A DNA stretch of 63,590 nucleotides, the filler included, from an uncultured Gemmatimonadota bacterium (GTDB lineage Bacteria; Blakebacterota; Blakebacteria; Blakebacterales; Blakebacteraceae): the NCBI GenBank assembly GCA_964576115.1. It is 22 parts of 22 records of this genome, joined end to end, with 100 filler letters (N's around TTAATTAATTAA, not from the genome) between each part and the next. Parts side by side here need not be neighbours in the genome. Positions count along the whole stretch, not along the records: positions 20,928 to 23,991 come from CAZNUA010000121.1; positions 24,092 to 27,154 come from CAZNUA010000122.1; positions 27,255 to 30,278 come from CAZNUA010000123.1; positions 30,379 to 33,332 come from CAZNUA010000124.1; 18 more parts are not named here. The stretch is one strand, 5' to 3'. The notes below the pieces were generated by a model. The model was not told where the DNA came from and searched no databases. It worked only from the letters and a program-made list of their open reading frames with translations. Position numbers and translations under genes: made by a program. This document shows positions 21,961 through 31,287 of the stretch, one piece after another (the first letter of the stretch is position 1; each line of letters opens with the position of its first letter).

Positions 21961-22093
21961 CACATTCCCGTTCGGGACTGATTCCTGGTTGCGNNNNNNN
22001 NNNNNNNNNNNNNNNNNNNNNNNNNNNNNNNNNNNNNNNNNNNNNNNNNNNNNNNNNNNNNNNNNNNNNNNNNNNNNNNNNNNNNNNNNNNNN

Positions 22094-22444
22094 GGTGGAG
22101 GTGGAGGTCGCCGGCGGCGGGTGGTGAGTTTTCTGCAGCCCTGCCTGCTGACCCTGCTCGCGCGGGAGCCGGCCCACGGCTACAACCTGCTGCAGGGTCT
22201 GGCCGAGTTCGGTTTCGAGACCGAGGGCCTCGACCCGAGCCTGGTCTACCGCGCCCTGCGCGATATGGAAGAACAGGGGCTGGTGCAGTCGAACTGGGAC
22301 GAGGAGAGCCTCGGACCGCAGCGGCGGGTGTATGCCCTGACCGGTGACGGCGAGGATGCTCTGGCGACCTGGGTGCAGGATCTTGAGAGAACCCGCGGGG
22401 AGATCGACCGCCTTCTCGCCGGGATGCAGAACAGCGGTCAATGA
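22094..22444 (+). CDS. PadR-family transcriptional regulator (start inside scaffold gap)
   Basis: LQPCLLTLL...HGYNL...VYRALRDMEEQGLV...GPQRRVYALT. Confidence 0.9.
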   Translation, partial: GGGGGRRRRVVSFLQPCLLTLLAREPAHGYNLLQGLAEFGFETEGLDPSLVYRALRDMEEQGLVQSNWDEESLGPQRRVYALTGDGEDALATWVQDLERTRGEIDRLLAGMQNSGQ

Positions 22445-22465
22445 AAGAAAAGGGTGGTGAGAACC

Positions 22466-22729
22466 ATGCCGAGAGGCGATAGAACAGGACCGGAAGGTAG
22501 AGGCCAGAAGACCGGTCGAGGCGCGGGCTACTGCGCCGGCAACGACGAGCCGGGGTACACCGACCCGGGACCCCGCCGTGGCGGCGGTTTCGGATTCGGA
22601 GGCGGCCGGGGCGGATGGGGCGGCCGGGGACGCGGAGGACGTGGCCCGGGACGCGGATTCGGCGGCCGGGGACGCGGTTTCCGATTCTGGCAGCGACCCG
22701 TACAGGAACAGGAAAAGGAGACGGAGTAG
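22466..22729 (+). CDS. DUF5320-family Gly/Arg-rich small protein
   Basis: MPRGDRTGPEG.G..TGRGAGYC signature followed by an RGG-rich tract. Confidence 0.85.
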   Translation: MPRGDRTGPEGRGQKTGRGAGYCAGNDEPGYTDPGPRRGGGFGFGGGRGGWGGRGRGGRGPGRGFGGRGRGFRFWQRPVQEQEKETE

Positions 22730-23194
22730 ATGCGAATCGCGGTTCCCGCCGAAGGTGACGGCGGTCTACAGAGTACGGTCAGCCATCATTTCGGGCGCTG
22801 TCCGTTCTTCGTCATTGTCGAGATCGCCGATGTGGAGCAGGGGCGTATCGGTACCGTCGAGCGGGCCGATAACCCGTTCTATGGCGCCCACCAGCCGGGC
22901 GAAGTGCCCGGCTTCATCCACAGCCAGGGAGTCGACCTGATGCTGGTGGGGGGCATGGGCCAGCGGGCGATCGCGTATTTCAACCGCTTCGGGATCGAGG
23001 TGTGCAGCGGTGCCGCCGGCAACGTTCAGGAGGCCGTGCAGGCCTGGCTCGACGGGCATCTGTCGGGTTTTGAACCATGTGCCGAAAGTAAGCAACATGC
23101 CGGGCATCACTCTCACCGGCATCACGATCATCCCCACCACGGATCCGAGTCCCGGGGCCCGGGTCGTGGATCAGGGCAGAGGAGAGAACCGTGA
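22730..23194 (+). CDS. NifB/NifX-family (FeMo-co-binding-like) protein with His-rich tail
   Basis: MRIAVP...HFGRCPFF...GGMG.RA; tail HAGHHSHRHHDHPHH. Confidence 0.9.
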   Translation: MRIAVPAEGDGGLQSTVSHHFGRCPFFVIVEIADVEQGRIGTVERADNPFYGAHQPGEVPGFIHSQGVDLMLVGGMGQRAIAYFNRFGIEVCSGAAGNVQEAVQAWLDGHLSGFEPCAESKQHAGHHSHRHHDHPHHGSESRGPGRGSGQRREP

Positions 23195-23529
23195 TTCTCG
23201 TCATTCCCGTTTCCAATCCCGACAACCCGGCCGAGGTGGACGACCGCTTCGGCCGGGCAGCCGGTTTCGTCGTCATCGATACCGAGAAACAAAGCCGTTC
23301 GGCGATATCGAATCCGGCGATCTCGGAACCGAGCGGGGCGGGTGTCAAGGCCGCCCGTCTGGTCCTCGACAGCGGTGCCGATGCGGTGGCTGCAAATTAT
23401 GTCGGGCCGAAAGCGGAACAGATCCTCAGAAGTGGCAAGGTGGAGATCTTCAACCTTCCGCCGGGCGATCTGACCGTCGAGCGTGCCCTCGAACTCTTTA
23501 CGGCCGGCGAGCTTCCCCGACAGGGGTAG
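23191..23529 (+). CDS. Second NifB/NifX-family protein
   Basis: RFGRAAGF...NPA....GAGVKAA...VGPKA. Confidence 0.88.
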   Translation: MILVIPVSNPDNPAEVDDRFGRAAGFVVIDTEKQSRSAISNPAISEPSGAGVKAARLVLDSGADAVAANYVGPKAEQILRSGKVEIFNLPPGDLTVERALELFTAGELPRQG

Positions 23530-23619
23530 CTCATCGGTGCGGTTTCGGCGAGCCCTGCCGCCGGCGGGAGCAGTTCGGGGCCGGTACTGAGTTCGACCGG
23601 TCGTACGGGCGAGGCGGTA

Positions 23620-23991
23620 TCAGCCGGCCGATCGGGGCGGAATCCCTCCCGAGGGTGGATGCTCGACCCAGTACGCTCTGATAATGTCCTCGATATCGCT
23701 CATGGTGAAATTATAGCTGCGGCGTATCCATCCGAGCCGCTCCCGGCCCAGCCGGGCATCCTCGATCCCCAGTTTTTCCAGCAGGTGACTGACAGGCACT
23801 TCGTAAAGCTCTGAGACCTGCTGCAGGCTCATGTATCCCTGAATCAACAGGGTGCGTTCGTGCTCGGCTTCGTGTTCGGTCGCGGTCGTGTCAACCGGAA
23901 GGACCGCCCGCCGCTGCCCGCCGGCTCCCCGGTCGGCGGGCGGCAGTACGGCTGCCGGTGCGGGCAGCGTGTCGCCCCGGGCATAGCGTCC
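23620..23991 (-). CDS. C-terminus of hypothetical protein (resembles the tail of DUF4405-type proteins), 5'-truncated
   Basis: Open frame from the contig end: EHEAEHE...IQGYMSLQQV...ERLGWIRRSYNFTMSDI. Confidence 0.5.
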   Translation of the reverse strand, partial: GRYARGDTLPAPAAVLPPADRGAGGQRRAVLPVDTTATEHEAEHERTLLIQGYMSLQQVSELYEVPVSHLLEKLGIEDARLGRERLGWIRRSYNFTMSDIEDIIRAYWVEHPPSGGIPPRSAG

Positions 23992-24097
23992 NNNNNNNNN
24001 NNNNNNNNNNNNNNNNNNNNNNNNNNNNNNNNNNNTTAATTAATTAANNNNNNNNNNNNNNNNNNNNNNNNNNNNNNNNNNNNNNNNNNNNTATGTA

Positions 24098-25081
24098 TCA
24101 GAGTCGATCCATCGGACTACTGACGCCGGAGGGGCCACGGTTGAGGACGTGGGTGTAGATCATGGTGGATTTCAGGTCCTTGTGCCCAAGCAGTTCCTGA
24201 ATGGTGCGGATGTCGTAGCCGCTCTCGAGCAGGTGGGTGGCAAAGGAGTGCCTCAGGGTGTGGCAGGTGACGCGCTTGGAGGTTCCGGCCCGGTGAGCAG
24301 CCTCCTTGACGGCTCGCTGGATGATCGATTCATCCATGTGATACCGGCCCTCTCTGCCGCTGGTGCGGTCCTTCCAGCGCCGCTCCTGGGGGAAGACCCA
24401 CTGCCAGATCCATTCGGCAGCTGCGTTGGGGAATTTCCGGTCCAGGGCATCCGGCATCACAACCCGACCGAATCCCTCCCGAAGGTCTGTATCGTGAATC
24501 GCCCTGACCTTCTGCAGGTGGTCGCGCAGGGGCGCCTGGAGGCTGACGGGGAGCATGGTGACCCGGTCTTTGTGGCCTTTACCGTCCCGGACAATGATCT
24601 GGTGGCCCCCGAAGTCGATGTCCTTGACGCGCAGCTCCATGCATTCCATCAGTCGCACTCCGGTACCGTACATGAGAGCTGCGGCGAGCCATTTCACACC
24701 GTTGAGTTTCTGAAGAACGTCTCTGACCTCTTCCCGGCTCAGCACAACCGGCAATCGCCGGGGTCGATGGGCCCGAACCAAATCGTTCAGTTCTCCGATC
24801 TCCCGGTGCAGGACGTGACGGTAGAGAAAGAGCAGGGCGCTCAGGGCCTGGTTCTGCGTGGAGGCACTGACTTTGGCCTCAACAGCCAGGTGATTCAGGA
24901 AGGCGTTGACTTCCGCCTCGGCCATATCGGCCGGGTGCTTCATATCATGGAACCGGATATAACGGATGACCCAGTTGATGTAGGTCTCTTCTGTCCGCGG
25001 ACTGTAGTGCCGCGATCGGAAAGCAGCCCTCATCCGCTCGAGCAGTTTCGGGGGTCGCGAGTGGTGATCAGTGTTCTTCAT
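24098..25081 (-). CDS. intI: Integron integrase (tyrosine recombinase)
   Basis: [26 protein letters not shown]/HxxR/H/Y catalytic set and the IntI-specific insertion [24 protein letters not shown]. Confidence 0.95.
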   Translation of the reverse strand: MKNTDHHSRPPKLLERMRAAFRSRHYSPRTEETYINWVIRYIRFHDMKHPADMAEAEVNAFLNHLAVEAKVSASTQNQALSALLFLYRHVLHREIGELNDLVRAHRPRRLPVVLSREEVRDVLQKLNGVKWLAAALMYGTGVRLMECMELRVKDIDFGGHQIIVRDGKGHKDRVTMLPVSLQAPLRDHLQKVRAIHDTDLREGFGRVVMPDALDRKFPNAAAEWIWQWVFPQERRWKDRTSGREGRYHMDESIIQRAVKEAAHRAGTSKRVTCHTLRHSFATHLLESGYDIRTIQELLGHKDLKSTMIYTHVLNRGPSGVSSPMDRL

Positions 25082-25310
25082 GACCTGGCCTCCGGCGTGA
25101 CATGTCTTCGATACTCCTCATCTGTCCCTGGAAAGCCGAGCAGTGGTAAGGCTGAAGACATACCCCGTTCCGCTTCAGGGAAGGGAGGATATGCAGGAGG
25201 GCTGTTTCGTTGCCGTCGTTCGTGAGGCTGATTGAAAGTTGCTTACAGGTAGTTCGGTTGACGGCAGTCCATCAGGGGAGCTTGTCGGACGCGATCGGGG
25301 GGTGACAGCA

Positions 25311-25328
25311 GCTAAACAACTACTAGGC
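25311..25328 (+). other. Possible degenerate attI site (GCTAAAC-AACTA-CTAGGC)
   Basis: Expected position 5' of intI and resemblance to an L-box/spacer/GTTAGGC core, but the invariant GTT is missing. Confidence 0.3.
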
Positions 25329-25493
25329 CGCATGTCAAGTTTGCATGCACAACAAGGTCTTTACCCCTGGCGGGGCGGCGGCCGGTATCCAGGGAGATCC
25401 GGGAGTCTGCGGGAGCCGGCGGGAGCCAGCGATATGGACGATCCGAATGCCGGTCATATCCGCTTTCCATGTATCGCGCCTCAGTTCAGGTTC

Positions 25494-27038
25494 TCACTCC
25501 ACGTTCCTGACCCTCTCCAACAAGTCTGCGAGAGCTGTTACCCGTTCGGGATATTCGGTGGCGAGGTTGTGCCGTTCGGCTCGATCGTCGAGCAGGTTGT
25601 AGAGTTGCGGTTCGGGATTCCGGCCCAGTTCGATGTTTGTGTAGCGGCTAATCGGTGCTCCTCCGTGCGGTTCGATGTACTTCCAGCCGTCCGAGATGAT
25701 CCCGAGTAGATTGCCGGACGAGTGCTCGATGACGTATTCCCGGCTCTCGTCCGATAGTCCCAGCAGTGTGTCGAGCATGTCGCGGCTGTCGGGCGCAGCG
25801 CCGGGGGGCAACGTCTGCTCGGTCAGGTCTGCCAGGGAGGCGAACAGGTCGATCTGGCTCACCAGCGCATCCGAGGTACCGGGGCGGACCCACTCGGGCC
25901 AGCGCACCAGGAAGGGCACCCGCGTGCCGGCTTCGAAGGCGCTGTACTTGCCGCCGCGCAATGACCCCGAGGGGTCGTGGTCCCCCAGCAGTTCCACTGC
26001 CTGATCGCGGTAGCCGTCGTCCACGACGGGGCCGTTGTCGCTGGTGGCGATCACGATGGTGTTCTCCGCCAACCCCAGCCGGTCCAGGGTGTTCAGGATC
26101 TGCCCCACGCACCAGTCGAATTGCAGAATGGCGTCGCCCCGCGGTCCCATGCCGCTGCGTCCGACGAAGCGGGGGTGTGGCACGCGCGGTACGTGGATGT
26201 CGTGGGTCGAGAAGTAGAGGAAGAAGGGCCCGGCCCGGTTCTCTTCCAGGAACCGCACCGCCCGGGCGGTGATCACGTCGGCCATGTCCTCATCGACCCA
26301 GCGGGCGGATGTGCCGCCGCTCATGTAGCCGATGCGGCTGATGCCGTTGATGATGGTCATGTCGTGGCCGTGGCTGGGATGCATTTTGAGCAGTTCGGGA
26401 TGCTCCCGTCCGGTCGGTTCGACGAGGATCGGGTCGGTGAAACTGACCCGGATCGGATCGGCGGGATCGAGGCCGACGACCCGTTGGTTTTCGACGTACA
26501 CGCACGGTACCCGGTCTCCGGTGGCCGGGACCAGAAAAGCGTAGTCGAACCCTATCTCGAGCGGACCCGGAGTGATAACGCCGTTCCAGTCCGGGCCGCC
26601 CTCCGGTCCCAACCCCAGGTGCCATTTGCCCACCACACCGGTCGTATAGCCGGCGTTCTGCAGTGTCAGGGGCAGGGTGACGCGGTCGGGAGTGATGATG
26701 GCCGCAGCATCGCCCCGGGCGACTCCGGTGCCCTCCCGGCGCCAGGCGTACTCCCCGGTCAGCAGGGCGTAGCGCGATGGGGTGCAGGTGGCAGAACCGG
26801 TGTGCGCGTCGGTGAACTGCAGTCCCTCGTCGGCCAGGCGGTCGACGTTGGGTGTCCGGAGCCGGTGGGCGCCGTAACAGCTCACATCCCCGTAGCCGAG
26901 GTCGTCGGCGTAGATCAGGACGATGTTGGGCTGCCCGTTCCGGTTCCGGCTGCAGCCGGTCAGGCCGGTGAGCAGGAAGCCGGTCACTCCCGTGCCGGTC
27001 AGGTGGATGAAGTCGCGGCGGTTGTATCGGTCTGTCAT
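25494..27038 (-). CDS. Arylsulfatase (Cys-type formylglycine sulfatase), Tat-exported lipoprotein
   Basis: CTPSRYALLTG, DDLGYGD, GKWHLG, SDNG; NRRDF twin-arginine motif and LTGC lipobox. Confidence 0.95.
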   Translation of the reverse strand: MTDRYNRRDFIHLTGTGVTGFLLTGLTGCSRNRNGQPNIVLIYADDLGYGDVSCYGAHRLRTPNVDRLADEGLQFTDAHTGSATCTPSRYALLTGEYAWRREGTGVARGDAAAIITPDRVTLPLTLQNAGYTTGVVGKWHLGLGPEGGPDWNGVITPGPLEIGFDYAFLVPATGDRVPCVYVENQRVVGLDPADPIRVSFTDPILVEPTGREHPELLKMHPSHGHDMTIINGISRIGYMSGGTSARWVDEDMADVITARAVRFLEENRAGPFFLYFSTHDIHVPRVPHPRFVGRSGMGPRGDAILQFDWCVGQILNTLDRLGLAENTIVIATSDNGPVVDDGYRDQAVELLGDHDPSGSLRGGKYSAFEAGTRVPFLVRWPEWVRPGTSDALVSQIDLFASLADLTEQTLPPGAAPDSRDMLDTLLGLSDESREYVIEHSSGNLLGIISDGWKYIEPHGGAPISRYTNIELGRNPEPQLYNLLDDRAERHNLATEYPERVTALADLLERVRNVE

Positions 27039-27054
27039 TGATCTGGTCCAGGGG

Positions 27055-27126
27055 CTCGGGTGGATCGTGTCCGGTCCGGATCCGCGGGTGGATCATGTCC
27101 TGTCCGGATCCTCGAGTGGATCGTGT
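27055..27126. repeat. 28-bp tandem repeat, ~2.5 copies (CTCGGGTGGATCGTGTCCGGTCCGGATC-like)
   Basis: Units start at 27055, 27083 and 27111 with few mismatches. Confidence 0.8.
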
Positions 27127-27254
27127 TTGGGTCGGGTCTTCAATCCTCCAGGATNNNNNNNNNNNNNNNNNNNNNNNNNNNNNNNNNNNNNNNNNNNNTT
27201 AATTAATTAANNNNNNNNNNNNNNNNNNNNNNNNNNNNNNNNNNNNNNNNNNNN

Positions 27255-29590
27255 TGGGCACGGCCGGCACGATCCTGTCTTTCGGCGCTTTCGTCACCAC
27301 CTTCATCCGACCGGCACCCTGGCTGGCCGAACCCGACCAGGTGATCTGTCTCTTCAAGGTCGAACCGGAGGGGCGTTATCTGCGATTCTCGTATGGCGAT
27401 TACCTCGACGTGCGCGAGGGGCTCGATGACCTCGCCGAACTGGCCGCCGTCGGTCTGATCTTTCCCTTCGTCGGCTCCCCCTCCGGAGTAGCCGAGGAGA
27501 TCACCGCCGAACAGGTCTCGCCGGGCTACTTCCGGATCCTGGGGATTCCCCTTGCTCTGGGGCGCGGATTCATCCAAGCCGATTTCGCCTCCGGAGGGCA
27601 GGTGGCGATCATCAGCCACCGCCTCTGGGAGCAGGAGTACGGCGGTGCCCCGGATGTCCTCGAGGCCACCATCCGGCTCGACGGACGCGAATACAGCATC
27701 GTGGGAGTGGCTCCCCCCGGTCTCTCGCCCCTGGGCAGCTACCTGATGCGGACCGAAGCCTGGATTCCGATCCGCCCGCTCTGGCGGCAGAACCGGGACT
27801 ATGAATCGCTGCAGATCGTGGGACGGCTCAGACCGGACGTCGATCTGACCCGGGTGCAACTCCAGGCCCGCACCCTGGCTGCCGGCCTGGCTGAAAACCA
27901 TCCGATCTATTGGACCGATCGCCAGGACCGGGGGCGGTCGATCGAGGTGCTGACCGAGCGGGGCGCCCGCCTGCCGCCGCCGGTGCGTCTGCAGGTCATC
28001 GCCGAGAGCGTGATGGTCGCCTTCTTCATCGGACTGATTCTGATCGTCGCCTGTGCCAATGTCGGCAACCTGCAGCTGGCCCGCGGTCTGGCGCGCGATC
28101 GGGAGATCGCGGTACGCCTGGCACTGGGCGCGGGGCGGCGGCGCCTGCTGCGTCTGTTGCTGACCGAGAGTCTGATGCTCTCGCTGCTGGCAGTGGCTGT
28201 CGCTCTGGTTCTGGTGGCAGGCCTCTCCTGGATGGCGAGCCGATTCCCCGGGGTAGTGGGTCTGCCGGCTGAAATACGGGTCGTGTGTGATGGCCGGGTG
28301 GTTCTCTTCACGATCGGCCTGGCCGTGCTGACGACTGTCATCGCCGGCCTGGTCCCGGCCCGGCAGATTGTACGCCCCGATCTCGCCGCGGCCCTGAAAG
28401 GGCATCAGTCGGGTGGGCTGATGAAAGGCCACCGGCTCAGACACCGGTTCGTCATCGCCCAGGTGGCCGGGTCTCTGGTCCTGGTGATTCTCGGCACCCT
28501 CTCGGTGCGCAACTACCAGCAGCTGCGCCGTGTCGATCCCGGATTCCAGACCGAACAGGTGGCCCTGCTGACCCTCGATCTCAGTCATGCGGGATACACC
28601 GAATCCGGCGGTCGGGTCTTCGCCGGCGATCTGGAGAGCCGGCTCGAAAATCTGCCCGGGATCGAGCAGGTGGCGGTAGCGCTGCAGCCGGCCATGGGTC
28701 CCCTGCGCCGGCGTGTCAGCGATGTCGTCCCGACCGGATATGAGTTGCCGCCGGAAGAGTCGTACTACTGCCCGGTCACGCCGGTTGGTCCGGGCTATTT
28801 CGACCTGCTCGGGATCGGCCTGCTCAGGGGACGCGATTTCAATTCCGGCGACACACCGGCTTCCGAACCGGTTGCGATCGTCAATGAATCGTGGGCCGCC
28901 CGGTTCTTCCCCGACGCAGATGCAATCGGCCGAACGATCTCACTCGGCACCGGCGCCCGGATCGTCGCCGTCGTGCGCGACACCCGCTCCGTTTCACTGG
29001 CCGAGCCCCCGGTTCCGCAGGTCTGGATACCCTTCGATCAGAGTTTCGCTGCCGGTATGACCTTTCATATTCGAACCGAACCCGATCCGCGGATCATGGT
29101 GACGGCGATCCGCGATCTGGTCCGGGCCATGGATGACCGGCTGCCCGTTCCCGAGATCGGTCTGCTGGCCGAGCTGGCAGCCCGTGAGACCAGGCAGGCC
29201 CGTTCGATGCTGCTCCTTCTCAATACCATCGCTCTGGTCATCCTCCTGCTGGCCATGACGGGCCTGTACGCCGTCATGATCTTCACGGTCGGACAGCGTC
29301 GCCGGGAATTCGGCATCCGTATGTCTTTCGGAGCTCGATCGAGGGATCTGCTCGGCCTGGTTGTCTCCGAAGGGATCGGACTCTCACTCAAGGGCGCGGC
29401 GGCCGGAATACTGGTTATTCTCCTCCTCACTCCGCTCCTGGGCTCGTTCTTCGCCGGGGTGTCGGCGGCAGATCCACTGGCTATCGGCGCCGCTCTGATC
29501 GTGCTTCTCGCCACCGCCCTGGCGGCCAGCCTCCCGTCGGCGTTGCGGGCCACCCGAATCGATCCGGTCGAAGCGATGCGGCAGGAATAA
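27255..29590 (+). CDS. ADOP-like duplicated ABC permease, 5'-truncated
   Basis: ACANVGNLQLARG..R.REIAVRLALGA, RRREFGIRMSFGA, IDPVEAMRQE. Confidence 0.92.
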
Positions 29591-29650
29591 TGATTGTCGC
29601 GCGATTTATCTATGTCCCATCGACGAGCCGCCGGAGTGGAGGCCGTCCCC

Positions 29651-30278
29651 TCAGAGGCGGTTTTCCTCGATCTCCCTGATCCAGATATTCCGGAACCGGA
29701 CCGGATAGCCGTGGTCCTGCAGCGAGAGCGGTAGCCGAGCGCGGTGGGCTTCATACGGCGGCCGCTCGCGCCAGGCGGTCGGGCCGGTGAGTTCGACCGC
29801 GTCGTGCACGAGCACGTCGTTGTGGAATACGGTCATCCGGGCCTTGCGCACCACTTCGCCCTCATCATTAAAGAGCGGCCGGTGAAAAACGATGTCGTAA
29901 CTCTGCCACTGTCCCGGCGGGCGGCAGGCGTTCACCAGAGGCGGGTACTGGCCGTAGACGGCCGCGCTCATCCCGTCGGCGTAGGTCTCGTTTTCGAAAC
30001 AGTCGAGGATCTGCACTTCGTAGAGATCCATGAGGAACACCCCGCTGTTGCCCCGGCCCTGCCCCTCGCCCTGGGGCGGATCGGGCATGCGGAACTCGAT
30101 GTGGAGCTGGCAGCTCCCGAAGAGCTGCCGGGTTCGGATCGAGCCCGAACCGCCCACGATTTCCATATACCCGTTCTCCACCTTCCAGCCCGGGGTACCT
30201 CCCTCGGACCGTTCCCAGGCCTCCAGATCAGAGCCGTCGAAAAGAACGACGGCATCGGTGGGGATGGGCCGGGACAGG
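29651..30278 (-). CDS. DUF1080 (3-keto-glycoside hydrolase-like) protein, 5'-truncated
   Basis: GRGNSGVF, YEVQILD, WQSYDI, LQDHG.PVRFRNIWIR. Confidence 0.9.
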
Positions 30279-30378
30279 NNNNNNNNNNNNNNNNNNNNNN
30301 NNNNNNNNNNNNNNNNNNNNNNTTAATTAATTAANNNNNNNNNNNNNNNNNNNNNNNNNNNNNNNNNNNNNNNNNNNN

Positions 30379-31100
30379 GGTATTGAGTATGATCGGCCAT
30401 CGATCTGGATGATGTCCTGCGACCACGAAGTATCCATCGGTGTGGCGATGATCTGGAAGTGCGGATCGAGCAGATTGAGTCGGTATCCGGTGTGCATGGT
30501 GACGGCATCATCCGAGGTGGGACGGTCAGCATGAAAATGCCAGACCATGAACCGGCGCTCAGAAGGCGGCCCCCAGATGCTCCAGTAGGGAGATCGTTCG
30601 GCATCGGCCGGAATGGTGATGGATCGCAGCCAGGTGCCGTCAGGGTCGAAAACGTTCATGCGGTTCAGGATCAGGTCAGCCGAATAGAGATAGGGATCGT
30701 CCACCACCAGATCCTGCAGCATCGTGAATTCCCCCGGTCCCTGACCCCGCTGATAGAATTGCCCCAGGTGAGTACCGTCGGGACCGAAGCGATGGACCGC
30801 CGTCATGAGATCCATCACGTACAGGATGCCATCTCCGTCGATGCCGGTCGGAAAAGGGCGGGAGAGCAGGTAGGTGTCGGCTCCCTGGTCGGTTCCGTAG
30901 GTCACCGCTTTCTCGATCGTGAAGGGATTGAGTTGTGCCTGATGCGAGACAGCGAACCGTTGCAGGCGTACGCCATTCAGCATTTCAACGGTGTAGCCTG
31001 CGTGGTCATTGTGACCTGATCGCGAGCAGCTCCCGGTTGACAGCACGATACATATCAGCAGGCTCCGGATATAACCGTGCCCGGTTTGGAAACGTGGCAT
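30379..31100 (-). CDS. 6-bladed beta-propeller (NHL-like) lipoprotein, 3'-truncated
   Basis: Signal region with Cys, IDGDGILYVMD, RGQGPGEF. Confidence 0.8.
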
Positions 31101-31287
31101 TGTCAGACCCCTCTTCCGATACCCGATGAACATGAATGTCAATTCAGGGACGAACCGGGTGAAAGAGGTGTTCAGTTGTTTCCGGATACCCGGACAGGTC
31201 GGTCACCTGCCGATCACCGCACCTCCCCCCGTCGGTCCCCCGCAGCAGGTCGCCGATGCGGCGCTTGTGTATGATACGGATGAATTT

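Noticed and set aside
22730-23529. Nitrogen fixation inferred from NifX-like genes
   Set aside because: No nifH, nifD or nifK in the window; this family is widespread in non-diazotrophs.
25345-25493. GCACAAC as a possible attC start, and four GGGAG units after the putative attI
   Set aside because: No matching GTTRRRY end or attC-like hairpin, and no credible cassette ORF.
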